Made by a program: the position numbers and the translations under genes. Below, one piece after another: positions 16,874 through 26,726 of a DNA stretch of 37,031 bases (positions are counted from its first letter, which is position 1; every line of letters starts with the position of its first letter). Below the pieces are notes generated by a model. It saw only the letters and a list, made by a program, of their open reading frames with translations. It did not search any database and was not told where the DNA came from. Location: positions 43,233 to 80,263 of the forward strand of contig CAYVSA010000002.1 of assembly GCA_964454175.1 (NCBI GenBank), in the 5' to 3' direction. The stretch is from an uncultured Pseudomonadota bacterium (GTDB lineage: Bacteria > BMS3Abin14).

Positions 16874-18130
16874 ATGAGAATGGAAATCAGATTCAAGTTA
16901 ATCCTCACTTTTCTGGCGGTGGTTGCTGTTGTGGTATTTGTTCCATACCTTTTCGACATGATCGGTGTTGGGGGCGCTTGGGGAGAGTTTGGAGCCGTTT
17001 CGGCAGCCATAGCAGTCGGTCTGTCCCTGGGGAGTTTCGTCGCAGCAAGGATCACAAGGGACATCAGGGAAATGAGAGAGGTGGCATTAAAGATAAGCGA
17101 GGGTGAACTTACTGTTGACCTGGGGCACAAATCCTCGACTTTCGAAGATGAATTCACTGACCTGAGGGAGACGTTCCGTGTGATGGTCCAGCGACTCACA
17201 ATCCTGGTGAAGAACCTTAAGAACTCATCCGAGGAGATCCACGAATCAGCACAGACGTTCTCTGCCACAGCCCAGGAGATGAACGCTTCCACCGAAGAGA
17301 TAGCGGCTGCCATTGACGGCATCAGCAAGGGGGCGGAGATCCAGGCAGGCCAGGTGGAGAAGATCTCGACAACCATTCACAATGTGGCCACAAGCCTCGA
17401 CTCTGTCGCAAGCAAATCCAAGGAGGCATCAACTGTGTCAACTGAAGCCGGATACACGGCCCAGGCAGGCAGCAAACACACAGAGACCGCCACCACCAAG
17501 ATCAGGCAGGTTTTCGACTCCGTTCTTAAGACCAGCGAGTCGGTGATGAGTTTTGGAGAGAGAAGTAAGGAGATCGGAGAGATAGTTGATATCATCACCG
17601 GCGTTGCGCAGCAGACGACGCTCCTGGCCCTGAACGCAACCATCGAGGCTGCCAGGGCAGGTGAATATGGCAGGGGGTTTGCCGTAGTTGCGGAAGAGAT
17701 CAGGAAACTCGCGGAGAATACCGGGCAGTTTGCCGACAAGATCACGGGGATCGTAGGGAGGATCCAGAACGAGAGTGAGCAGGTTCTCGTTTCCATGAAG
17801 GATGTCGGGTCACTCCTTGACGAAGGTGAGGGTATCATTCAGACAATGGGTGGGGCCCTCGAGGAGATAGTTAAGGCGGTCCTGGAGTCCAACGCCAGGT
17901 CCCAGGAGATCTCCCAGCTCACCGAATCACAGAGCAACGCTTCCAAGGAGTTCCTGATGTCCATAGACGAGATCTCCAAGGTTGCCGAGGACAACGCTGC
18001 ATCGACCGAGGAAGTTTCAGCTGCTACGGAAGAGCAGATCGCGTCAATGGAAGAATTGGCTTCATCGGCTCAGGACCTGTCAGCTCTTTCGGAAAAGCTC
18101 AGGCTGATATCCGAGGAGTTCAAGGTTTAA
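16874..18130 (+). CDS. Methyl-accepting chemotaxis protein lacking a periplasmic sensor (DifA-like)
   Basis: Two adjacent TMs, HAMP, hairpin tip [31 protein letters not shown], several EE/EQ methylation sites. Confidence 0.96.
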   Translation: MRMEIRFKLILTFLAVVAVVVFVPYLFDMIGVGGAWGEFGAVSAAIAVGLSLGSFVAARITRDIREMREVALKISEGELTVDLGHKSSTFEDEFTDLRETFRVMVQRLTILVKNLKNSSEEIHESAQTFSATAQEMNASTEEIAAAIDGISKGAEIQAGQVEKISTTIHNVATSLDSVASKSKEASTVSTEAGYTAQAGSKHTETATTKIRQVFDSVLKTSESVMSFGERSKEIGEIVDIITGVAQQTTLLALNATIEAARAGEYGRGFAVVAEEIRKLAENTGQFADKITGIVGRIQNESEQVLVSMKDVGSLLDEGEGIIQTMGGALEEIVKAVLESNARSQEISQLTESQSNASKEFLMSIDEISKVAEDNAASTEEVSAATEEQIASMEELASSAQDLSALSEKLRLISEEFKV

Positions 18131-18136
18131 CTGAAG

Positions 18137-18709
18137 ATGGCTGAACAAAACCTTCCGCCGGAAGAAAAAAACCGCGGCCTGACGCAGGAGAATCTGGAAA
18201 AGGAGTTGTCCCCGGTGCTGCGTGATCCTGACCATGAACTGGAGGAGCAGCCCGAGCCAGGGCACAATTCCATTCTTTTCAGTGTTGGGAGGGGGCTTTT
18301 TGCGATCCCGCTGGAGGATATTGATGAGATCTACAGATATGAGGAGATCACCTCTTTGCCCACGTCCCCTGATTTTCTAAAAGGGGTTATCAACGTCCAC
18401 GGCAACCTGACTTCCGTTATCAGCATCGCAAGTATCATGGGTGTGTCGGGCTCGGTAGATAGCGACCTGACGATTATTCTAATACCCAGGTTTGGCGGTA
18501 TCGCTGTAAAGGTTGATTCCACGTCTGGATTCGCGACATACACCATGCTGGAGGAAGTTGCCGTTGGGTTCGGCTCATCTTTCCGTGATTCTGGTGATGT
18601 TTCCTTTATTGAGGGGGTTTTTACTACCGAGAGAGGACTTGTTTCGCTTATCAATCCCGAAAAACTTCATCTCTGGATTGAGGATGCGTTTTCGAAAGGG
18701 GATGACTGA
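18137..18709 (+). CDS. cheW: CheW coupling protein
   Basis: FAIPL..I.EI, LP.SP.F.KGVINVHG, I.VD; about 40-aa acidic N-terminal extension. Confidence 0.92.
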   Translation: MAEQNLPPEEKNRGLTQENLEKELSPVLRDPDHELEEQPEPGHNSILFSVGRGLFAIPLEDIDEIYRYEEITSLPTSPDFLKGVINVHGNLTSVISIASIMGVSGSVDSDLTIILIPRFGGIAVKVDSTSGFATYTMLEEVAVGFGSSFRDSGDVSFIEGVFTTERGLVSLINPEKLHLWIEDAFSKGDD

Positions 18710-19101
18710 TGACAATCAAGGTTTTGATCGTCGATGACGCGATGTTCATGCGTAACATGATCGGCGATATCTTCGAAGGGAAAAAAATTGATGACCAGGA
18801 ATTTACGGTCGTAGCCGAAGCTGAAAATGGCATCGAGGCTGTGGAGAGATACAAAGAGCACAACCCCGATATCGTAACCATGGACATCGTCATGCCCGAG
18901 ATGACCGGCATTGAGGCCCTTAAAGAGATCATGAAAATAGACAGCGACGCCAATGTGGTTATGTGCAGCGCCCTTGGTCAGGACAGCCTTGTCATGGAGG
19001 CGCTGGATTCCGGTGCTCGTGATTTTATTGTCAAACCATTCCAGCCCGAGAAGGTACTGGATGTGGTCCTGCGGATACTCAAAGAAAGAAATGCAGGTTA
19101 G
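18709..19101 (+). CDS. cheY: Single-domain response regulator CheY (Bacillus/DifD type)
   Basis: VLIVDDAMFMR, TMDIVMP, MCSALGQ, FIVKPF. Confidence 0.95.
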   Translation: MTIKVLIVDDAMFMRNMIGDIFEGKKIDDQEFTVVAEAENGIEAVERYKEHNPDIVTMDIVMPEMTGIEALKEIMKIDSDANVVMCSALGQDSLVMEALDSGARDFIVKPFQPEKVLDVVLRILKERNAG

Positions 19102-19264
19102 CCGGCACGGAGCAGCATGCGGCAAGTTTCTGCGAGGGGTTTCCCGGCGGCCGAAGGTGCCGGTTTTTCAGGTGATATTTAACCGCGTGAGTCCTGAAAA
19201 CGCTGCAGATCAAGGTTCCCGGTCTTATAACTGAACGTCGCATTAGCTTGAAAAGGTATTTCCC

Positions 19265-21427
19265 ATGGACATGTCCAAATACAAAACCCTCTTTTTGACA
19301 GAGGCCAGGGAACACCTTCAGGGAGTTAACGACTGCATCCTTGTCCTGGAAAGCGATCCGGGAGCTTCCGAGAGTATCAATGAACTTTTCAGGCACGCCC
19401 ACTCCATAAAGGGAATGTCTGCATCGATGGGTTTTGGAGCCATTGCCCAGCTTTCCCATCGAATTGAAGATCTTATGGACAGCGTCCGGAAGGGACAGGT
19501 TGCGATCACCCCGGCCATTGTCGATGTCCTGCTTGAGGGGACTGACAGCCTGGAGGGGATGGTTGACGAGATAGAGAATGACAGTCCATCGCGGGAAGCA
19601 GACGAGGCGTATCTTGCAAAACTAAAGAGCATCATCGACGGAACTTTCGACACCGCTTCACCTGAAACGGCTGGCGAAGCTCCCGAGGCTGCGGCCGAAC
19701 CTGCAGCTCCGCCGCCTGCGGAACAGGCCGGGCCGTTGCAGGAGCCCACTGTCATTGAGACAGAGGCTGTCGCGAGCCCCCCTGTCCCGACGGCTGCAGG
19801 TGAGGTCAGCGTGAATTTCAAGATCTCCAGCGAAAGTCAGGTTCCCTGCGCCAGGGCTTACCTTGCCGTCAAAAAGATGCAGGGCCTGGGGGATATAACT
19901 CACATCAAGCCGTCCCTGTCCGACATCAAGGAGGGCAGGTGTACCGGCGCCGTTTCCCTGAAATTAATCGGGAGCGATCCTGAGACCGTAAGCAGCACCC
20001 TGTCAGGTCTCGTGGAGATGGGAGAGTTCCACATTCAGCCGCCGCCTGGCGGGGAGGCGCCTGAATCTCCGGCTCCTGCCGAGGCGGAGGTTGAAATGCC
20101 CGAGGCCCCTGGCCCTGCCGAAGATAAAACCGTAACGGACCCCTTGCCGCAGCGCGCGGATCCGATCTCAACCCCGCCCGCGCAGGCAGTGGATCAGCCC
20201 CAGGCACCTGCGCCAGAGCCTGCCGTTGAGACGCCAATAGCCAAGCCGCCTCCGCCGAGGCCAACTACTGCCAAGGCTGCGCCTTCCAAGATGGTGAGGA
20301 TCAGCACAGCCCTCCTGGACAATTTTATCAACCTGGTGGGTGAACTTATCGTGACCAAGAGCAGGATCAAGGACCTGACACACGGCTCCGGCTCGAGAGC
20401 CATGGACCAGGTTGTGACCCAGTTCGAGCAGTTGGTTGGCAGTCTTCACACTGAAGTCATGAAAGTGAGAATGATGCCCCTGGAGACGGTTACCCAGCGT
20501 CTGCCGCGCGTTGTCCGTGATCTCTCGCGTGAACGAGGTAAAAATGCAGTCCTTCATATCGAAGGGGCCGAGATCGAGCTGGATCGGGCGATCCTGGAAG
20601 AACTCGGCGACCCGTTGATACACATCCTTAGAAATTCAGTGGACCACGGACTGGAAAGTCCGGAGGACCGGAAGGCGGCAAATAAGGATGAAAACGGCAA
20701 GATCGTTCTGAAAGCATATAGAGAAAGGGATATGGTCTTTATCGAGGTTTCGGACGATGGCCGTGGAATGGATCTCGAGAGGATCAAGAGCAAGGCTGTT
20801 GAAAAGGGCCTTATCTCCTCACAGAAGGCCTCAGCCATGGAAGAGGAAGAGGCCGTCATGCTGGTGTGCCGCCCGGGTTTTTCAACAGCAGAACAGGTGA
20901 CCGATGTTTCAGGGCGCGGTGTCGGGATGGATGTTGTCCAATCAGTGGTCGACTCCATAGGGGGAAGTCTTTCTATTACAAGTACTGTCGGGGAGGGGAC
21001 GACTTTTGTGCTGAAACTCCCCCTGACAGTTGCAATAGTCAAAATGCTGCTCGTAGAAATGGCTAAGCAGATATTCGCAATACCGATCACAAGAGTTGTA
21101 CGTACTATTCGTGTTCCTGTTGAGGAAGTGAGCGAGAGCCAGGGCAGACAGTTCTTGAATCTCGAAGAGGAGTTGATTCCCCTTTACAAGCTCAGAGAAC
21201 TCCTGAAAGTGCCCAATACCGGCAAACCGGATGAAGAATTTACCATAGTGCTGGTAGAAGTGACCAACAGGACTGTCGGGATCCTGATCGACGGTATTAC
21301 CGGCCAGGAAGACATAGTTATCAAGCCCCTGTGTTATCCTCTGGAGAACCTGATCAGATATTCAGGGATGACCGTGCTTGGTGACGGCAGGATCGTCCCC
21401 ATTCTCGACCTTGGAAATCTCTTTTAA
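19265..21427 (+). CDS. cheA: Chemotaxis histidine kinase CheA
   Basis: Hpt FRHAHSIKG, P2-like domain between Pro/Ala linkers, HILRNSVDHG, GFSTAEQVTDVSGRGVGMD, C-terminal CheW domain. Confidence 0.97.
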   Translation: MDMSKYKTLFLTEAREHLQGVNDCILVLESDPGASESINELFRHAHSIKGMSASMGFGAIAQLSHRIEDLMDSVRKGQVAITPAIVDVLLEGTDSLEGMVDEIENDSPSREADEAYLAKLKSIIDGTFDTASPETAGEAPEAAAEPAAPPPAEQAGPLQEPTVIETEAVASPPVPTAAGEVSVNFKISSESQVPCARAYLAVKKMQGLGDITHIKPSLSDIKEGRCTGAVSLKLIGSDPETVSSTLSGLVEMGEFHIQPPPGGEAPESPAPAEAEVEMPEAPGPAEDKTVTDPLPQRADPISTPPAQAVDQPQAPAPEPAVETPIAKPPPPRPTTAKAAPSKMVRISTALLDNFINLVGELIVTKSRIKDLTHGSGSRAMDQVVTQFEQLVGSLHTEVMKVRMMPLETVTQRLPRVVRDLSRERGKNAVLHIEGAEIELDRAILEELGDPLIHILRNSVDHGLESPEDRKAANKDENGKIVLKAYRERDMVFIEVSDDGRGMDLERIKSKAVEKGLISSQKASAMEEEEAVMLVCRPGFSTAEQVTDVSGRGVGMDVVQSVVDSIGGSLSITSTVGEGTTFVLKLPLTVAIVKMLLVEMAKQIFAIPITRVVRTIRVPVEEVSESQGRQFLNLEEELIPLYKLRELLKVPNTGKPDEEFTIVLVEVTNRTVGILIDGITGQEDIVIKPLCYPLENLIRYSGMTVLGDGRIVPILDLGNLF

Positions 21428-21432
21428 CAGAA

Positions 21433-22059
21433 ATGATAAAAGCATCCACCTCCGGCTTTAACTTTACTCCTGAAGATATCGATTCCATCAGCATGGTAGG
21501 AAAGATAGGAGCCCAGCATGCAGCTGCAGCTCTTTCGAAGCTCGTCGGGATAACTGTCAAGCTTTCCAGGCTGGAGGCCATGACCCTTTCGGTCGGGAAG
21601 GTGCCTGACCGGGTAGGCGGTATGGGAACGCCGGTGATGGGAGTCCTGATCCCATTTCAGGGAGATGTCACCGGAAACACGCTTCTGCTCTTCTCCGACG
21701 AAGCGGTTGATGAACTACTGGTGCTTTTATTCCCGGATCGTAAAACCATAGAGGGCGATCTCAGGGATTCAGCCATAGCCGAGACGGGCAACATTCTTGC
21801 GGGCGCTATTCACACGGTGCTGTCCAGGTTGACGGGCAGGATACTGATCTCACTTCCGCCCGTTGCAGTTCTCGACATGGCCGGGGCATTGCTTGATTCC
21901 CTGCTGGCCGAGGCGGGATCGCGTGGCGATGCCGTGGTCTGCCTGGAGTTCCAGCTCACCGATGGCGATGGGAAAAACCTTGTAAAGACAGTGCTCCTTC
22001 CGGGCCTCGAGGGCCTGGAATTAATGAAAGAGGCTGCGAAACGACTGGAAACCGACTGA
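21433..22059 (+). CDS. cheC: CheC-family phosphatase (DifG-like)
   Basis: AAAALSKL, SAIAETGNIL, PP...DMAGALL. Confidence 0.88.
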   Translation: MIKASTSGFNFTPEDIDSISMVGKIGAQHAAAALSKLVGITVKLSRLEAMTLSVGKVPDRVGGMGTPVMGVLIPFQGDVTGNTLLLFSDEAVDELLVLLFPDRKTIEGDLRDSAIAETGNILAGAIHTVLSRLTGRILISLPPVAVLDMAGALLDSLLAEAGSRGDAVVCLEFQLTDGDGKNLVKTVLLPGLEGLELMKEAAKRLETD

Positions 22060-22541
22060 TGAGCCCCGTAGTTGTCGGTATCTCGGAGTTCAAATTTGCG
22101 AATGTTCCGGGACGGCTGATCACCTACGGCCTCGGGTCCTGTGTTGCGATAGTACTTTACTGCAGGGATGCAGGTGTCGCTTCCATGGCTCACGTTATGC
22201 TGCCCACTGCCTATCCTGACCAGGCGGCAGCCCATCCAGGTAAGTTTGCTGACACAGCCGTGGTGTCAATGCTTCGAGAGATGCAGGATCAGGGGATCAA
22301 TACCGTGGATCTTGAAGCCAAGATGACGGGAGGAGCCGAAATGTTCGCCGGCAAGATAAAGGGTCTTTCCAGGAGGATCGGTGCGAGGAATGTTCTTGCC
22401 GCCCGTAAGACCCTGGGAAATTACGGGGTAAAGATCGTGGCACAGGATACCGGGGGGCATGCCGGTAGAACGGCTGAATTTATGACTGAGGATTGTTCTC
22501 TCATAGTAAGAACTCTTAGAGTGGGAGATAGAGTGCTTTGA
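22059..22541 (+). CDS. cheD: Chemoreceptor glutamine deamidase CheD
   Basis: LGSCVA, AHVMLP, KFAD, GGA.MF, IG.RN, DTGG..GR. Confidence 0.96.
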   Translation: MSPVVVGISEFKFANVPGRLITYGLGSCVAIVLYCRDAGVASMAHVMLPTAYPDQAAAHPGKFADTAVVSMLREMQDQGINTVDLEAKMTGGAEMFAGKIKGLSRRIGARNVLAARKTLGNYGVKIVAQDTGGHAGRTAEFMTEDCSLIVRTLRVGDRVL

Positions 22542-22590
22542 TCGAACAGGCTGCAAGTCACTGAGCCTGACCAAAGCACGGTTCGCGAGG

Positions 22591-23526
22591 ATGAATATGT
22601 CTGATAAGGCGCATATCATAGACGGCAGAGCTCTTTCGGGCACTGTTCTGGAGGAGGTAAAAAAGGATGCAGCCCGGTTCAAGGCCGACCAAGGCCGGCC
22701 GCCAGGGCTTGCAGTGGTTCTTGTGGGTCAGGATCCGGCCTCCGGTGTGTATGTCCGCATGAAGGCCCGGGCATGCGGGGACTGCGGCATTGAGTCCTTC
22801 TCGCATGTACTCGATGAGAAAACGACCACAGATGAAGTTGTGTCGCTTGTCGAATCCCTTAATGCAGACGAGGCCACGGACGGTATCCTGGTCCAGCTGC
22901 CCCTTCCTGGCCAGATCGACACCAGACGGGTTTTAGACAGTGTGTCACCTTTAAAGGATGTGGACGGATTCCACCCTGTAAATGTTGGCCGTCTGGCCAG
23001 GGGCGACGAAAATGTTCTCGTGCCGTGCACACCGGCGGGTGTTATGCGGATGCTTGATGCCTGCGGTGTTGATCCACTGGGTAAAAGAGCGGTTGTAATA
23101 GGCAGGAGCGACATCGTCGGCAAACCTGTTGCTATGCTCCTCCTCCACAGACATGCCACTGTTACGATATGTCATTCAAGGACACCGGATCTTAAAGGTG
23201 TCGCCCGGGAGGCAGACATCCTCGTGGCGGCCGTGGGGCGCCCTCTCATGGTGAAGAAGGACTGGATAAAAGAGGGAGCTGTCGTTATCGATGTGGGGAC
23301 CAATAAGGTCCTGGAGGAAGAAGCTCCCGGGGAGATACTGAAAGTTCCTGAAAAGATGGCCGACTTCCAGAAGAAGGGCTACACTCTTGTTGGTGATGTA
23401 GCTTTGGATGCGGGGGAAAGAGCCGGCCAGATAAGTCCCTCTCCAGGTGGGGTGGGTCCCATGACAATTGCCTTTCTCATGAGCAATACTGTCAAGGCGG
23501 CGGACTGGCGGGTTAATAACAGTTGA
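22591..23526 (+). CDS. folD: Methylenetetrahydrofolate dehydrogenase/cyclohydrolase
   Basis: [43 protein letters not shown]. Confidence 0.97.
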   Translation: MNMSDKAHIIDGRALSGTVLEEVKKDAARFKADQGRPPGLAVVLVGQDPASGVYVRMKARACGDCGIESFSHVLDEKTTTDEVVSLVESLNADEATDGILVQLPLPGQIDTRRVLDSVSPLKDVDGFHPVNVGRLARGDENVLVPCTPAGVMRMLDACGVDPLGKRAVVIGRSDIVGKPVAMLLLHRHATVTICHSRTPDLKGVAREADILVAAVGRPLMVKKDWIKEGAVVIDVGTNKVLEEEAPGEILKVPEKMADFQKKGYTLVGDVALDAGERAGQISPSPGGVGPMTIAFLMSNTVKAADWRVNNS

Positions 23527-23585
23527 ATGTTGATCGCCATCGTGAAGCATTGCATTCAACTTTAAACCGATAAAGACCGGGTAAT

Positions 23586-24347
23586 ATGAACAGGAAAAAC
23601 ATTCAAGATCTACTGGAAAAAGTAGCGGCCGGGGAAGTTGATCCGAAAGACGCCCTGACCGAACTGCAGGATTTCCCGTCCGCCATGCTGGAGTTTGCCC
23701 AGATAGATACCCATCGGATCCTTCGCCGTGGAGTCCCGGAAACCATTTTCGGGCTGGGAAAAACACCTGACCAGATCGAGCAGATAGTGGGGCGGATGAT
23801 GGATTCCGATTCTCCTGTTCTGGTCACCCGTATCTCCCGGGATGCGGCAGAAAGGATCCTGTCTCACTGGCCGGAGGCTGACTACGATCAATTATCGCGT
23901 ACGGTATCCATAGGCAAACTTCCACCTGCTGGAGGGAAACGAATACTGGTGATGACAGCGGGAACCTCCGATCTTCCGGTGGCGGAGGAGGCTGTCCGAA
24001 CAGCCTCTTTCCTCGGTAGGGAGGTCGGCAAGGCTTATGATGTCGGAGTCGCCGGGATCCACAGGCTCGCCTCCTGCAGAGATGAAATGGCCGGGTCCGG
24101 GGTGATCATCGCTGTGGCCGGGATGGAAGGCGCACTTCCGGGAGTGGTAGCGGGATTGATCCCGGTGCCGGTGATCGGAGTACCCACAAGTGTAGGATAC
24201 GGGACGTCTTTTTCTGGTATAACCCCGCTATTCACAATGCTTTCTTCCTGCGCCTGCGGCCTTACAGTGGTAAATATTGATAACGGCTACGGGGCTGCGA
24301 TGGCTGCGCACTTTATCCTTGGGCTCGATGGTCGACCGGAAGGCTGA
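23586..24347 (+). CDS. larB: Nickel-pincer cofactor biosynthesis carboxylase/hydrolase LarB
   Basis: AGTSDLPVAEEA, DVGVAGIHRL, AGMEGAL, PTSVGYG, VVNIDNG. Confidence 0.95.
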   Translation: MNRKNIQDLLEKVAAGEVDPKDALTELQDFPSAMLEFAQIDTHRILRRGVPETIFGLGKTPDQIEQIVGRMMDSDSPVLVTRISRDAAERILSHWPEADYDQLSRTVSIGKLPPAGGKRILVMTAGTSDLPVAEEAVRTASFLGREVGKAYDVGVAGIHRLASCRDEMAGSGVIIAVAGMEGALPGVVAGLIPVPVIGVPTSVGYGTSFSGITPLFTMLSSCACGLTVVNIDNGYGAAMAAHFILGLDGRPEG

Positions 24348-24363
24348 GGCTTCGGTGACAGAG

Positions 24364-25548
24364 ATGTCTGACAGGATATTATACATAGACCCTTACAGCG
24401 GTGCTTCCGGGGACATGTTCCTCGGTGCGATGCTGTCTGTGGGCGTCCCCCTGGATCTGATAGCCGATGCGGTGAACCGTGTTGTACCTGGAGAGGTCAA
24501 GCTGGAGTCTTCTGAGGTCAAACGCGGGGGGATAGCATGTTCACTATGCAAGGTGACAGTGTCGGACCCGACGGCCAGAAGGACCATGCCGGAGATGAGG
24601 GAACTCTTCGCGGTATCCGGCATGCCCGGAAAGATGAAAGATGATTGCCTCGGTGTCCTCGCCCTGATCGGTGCGGCTGAGGGCAGGGCCCACGGCCAGA
24701 AAGAAGCTGTCCACCTCCATGAATTGGGCGGTCAGGACACAATAGCGGATATTGTGGGAACCATCGCTGCAGTCAGGCACCTTGCTCCGGGCCGAATTGT
24801 CTGCGGCCCTGTAAATCTGGGCCGGGGCTGTGTTGATACCGAACACGGGACACTCCCCGTTCCGGCCCCTGCCACAGCCCTTATCCTTGAAGGTGTTCCG
24901 GTGTTTTCGGCTGGGCCCGAAATGGAGTTGACAACACCCACAGGAGCAGCCCTCATCAGGTACCTGGCCTCGGAATTCGCTGCCCTCCCCGAGCTAAAGC
25001 TTCAGTCCGCAGGGATGGGGGCCGGGGCAGGGGACAGTAAAGAAATGCCGAACGCCCTCAGGGTGTTTCTGGGCACTGGAACAGGAGATCCCCAAAAAGA
25101 GAGCGTGCTGATAGAATGCGGCATTGACGACGTAAGCCCTGAGTATCTGGCACCGTTATTTGAGTCCCTTTACGCCAAAGGCGCCCGGGAGGTCTTCATG
25201 ATACCTGCCCACACGAAAAAGGGGCGGATGGGTGTTCTCCTGCGTGTACTTGTGCCCACCCATCTGGAAGGTGTTCTCACCGACGCTGTTCTGGAGGGAT
25301 CGGGCAGCGCGGGACTGAGGTACTGGCGAGTGGACCGAAGGGTGCTCGACAGGGAAGTAGTAAAGGTAATGACGACTTGCGGGTCGATCAGCGTGAAAAG
25401 GTGGCGCATGCCCTCAGGGAAATGGCGAGCCAAGGTGGAGTTCGAAGATGTGAAGGAACTGGCAGGCAAAAACAACATACGGCCCGAGCGTCTCAGGGAC
25501 GAGGCAATGGCTGTATATCTCATGGAGTTTGAAAATGAACAGGAATAA
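24364..25548 (+). CDS. larC: Nickel insertase LarC
   Basis: [55 protein letters not shown]. Likely start ATG 24364. Confidence 0.92.
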   Translation: MSDRILYIDPYSGASGDMFLGAMLSVGVPLDLIADAVNRVVPGEVKLESSEVKRGGIACSLCKVTVSDPTARRTMPEMRELFAVSGMPGKMKDDCLGVLALIGAAEGRAHGQKEAVHLHELGGQDTIADIVGTIAAVRHLAPGRIVCGPVNLGRGCVDTEHGTLPVPAPATALILEGVPVFSAGPEMELTTPTGAALIRYLASEFAALPELKLQSAGMGAGAGDSKEMPNALRVFLGTGTGDPQKESVLIECGIDDVSPEYLAPLFESLYAKGAREVFMIPAHTKKGRMGVLLRVLVPTHLEGVLTDAVLEGSGSAGLRYWRVDRRVLDREVVKVMTTCGSISVKRWRMPSGKWRAKVEFEDVKELAGKNNIRPERLRDEAMAVYLMEFENEQE

Positions 25549-26104
25549 GATCGAAAAGGGAATGAGGCTGATCCTCGAAGGCATTGGAGAGGATCCCAAA
25601 AGACCCGGTCTCCTGGAAACACCTCGAAGGGTCGCCGACCTCTACGAGGAGGTCTTCTCGGGTATGGATGACGACCCCATGCAATTTCTTGTGCCGGTGC
25701 TGGGTGAGGCCCATGACGAGATGGTCCTGATAAAAGACCTGCCCCTTCACTCCATGTGCGAGCATCACCTGCTCCCCTTCATAGGTGTTTCACACATAGC
25801 CTACATCCCGGAGGGCGGGACCATAACCGGGCTTTCAAGAATAGCCAGGGTACTTGACAGCTACGCGCGCAGGCCCCAGGTTCAGGAGAGGCTTACTACT
25901 CAGGTCGCCGAAGCGATCATGGATGGATTGTCGCCCAAGGGCGTGATGGTCGTGATAGAGGCCGAGCACCTGTGCATGTCAATGAGGGGTATTAAAAAAC
26001 CCAACGCACAGACGGTAACATCTGCAGTCCGGGGATCCTTCCGGCGGGATGAAAGAACCCGGAGCGAGACACTGTCGCTTATATACGGTCGTCAACGACG
26101 ATAA
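25535..26104 (+). CDS. folE: GTP cyclohydrolase I
   Basis: [36 protein letters not shown] 25535 after GGAG, overlapping the larC end. Confidence 0.97.
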   Translation: MNRNKIEKGMRLILEGIGEDPKRPGLLETPRRVADLYEEVFSGMDDDPMQFLVPVLGEAHDEMVLIKDLPLHSMCEHHLLPFIGVSHIAYIPEGGTITGLSRIARVLDSYARRPQVQERLTTQVAEAIMDGLSPKGVMVVIEAEHLCMSMRGIKKPNAQTVTSAVRGSFRRDERTRSETLSLIYGRQRR

Positions 26105-26114
26105 TTAAACTGGT

Positions 26115-26170
26115 CCCAGGACCCAGGACCCAGGACCCAGGACCCAGGACCCAGGACCCAGGACCCAGGA
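26115..26170. repeat. Perfect heptamer tandem repeat (CCCAGGA)x8
   Basis: Direct count: 56 bp = 8 units, starting 10 nt after the folE stop. Confidence 0.98.
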
Positions 26171-26414
26171 ACAATTGTCAATAATCCAATATCCAAATCG
26201 ATGATCGACCTTGGACCTTGGACTTGGGACACCGGCATAAGGCCGGCATGCGAGGGACGACCCGGGGTTCCTGATTCCCACTCTAATATCTTGCTACCAA
26301 ACCCTCTTTTTTGATACCGTAGTTCCCGGGCGAATACATTGTTCCGGTTTGCGGAAAACAGGGCCGTCCCGGTGATCGAACAGAGCCTGATTCTTTTATG
26401 ATGCAGGGTGACGA

Positions 26415-26657
26415 TTGATAGTGCGGGCATTTCTGCTGCTGATATTATTTTCAGTTCTTTACTGGGCGCTGAAGGATGTATTCTCACCCGGGAGAGGAAA
26501 AAAATCCCGCTATGGTCCTCATGACAAAGGTGAGGAAATGGTTCAGGATCCAGTATGCGGGGTGTACGTGCCCCTGAGTTCGGCTGTTTCTAAAACCGTC
26601 GGCGGCAGGAAATTGTACTTTTGTTCGGATAAGTGCCGAGCCTCGCACGGCAGGTAG
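26415..26657 (+). CDS. Membrane-anchored YHS/TRASH-domain small protein
   Basis: N-terminal hydrophobic helix; VQDPVCGVYV...YFCSDKC. Confidence 0.88.
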   Translation: MIVRAFLLLILFSVLYWALKDVFSPGRGKKSRYGPHDKGEEMVQDPVCGVYVPLSSAVSKTVGGRKLYFCSDKCRASHGR

Positions 26658-26726
26658 GTGGGCGTCCGCCCTGTGCCAATGAGTGCTCTCTTAACCGCCG
26701 AAGGGTATAAACTACAGGAGGAGAAG

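Noticed and set aside
19660-20290. Pro/Ala/Glu-rich low-complexity stretches in cheA
   Set aside because: Ordinary flexible linkers flanking the P2 domain; no DNA-level tandem repeat.
26115-26170. Repeat array as CRISPR, or as the coding repeat of ORF 26092-26487 (PGSWVLG)n
   Set aside because: There are no spacers or cas genes; the peptide repeat is simply the translation of a 7-mer.
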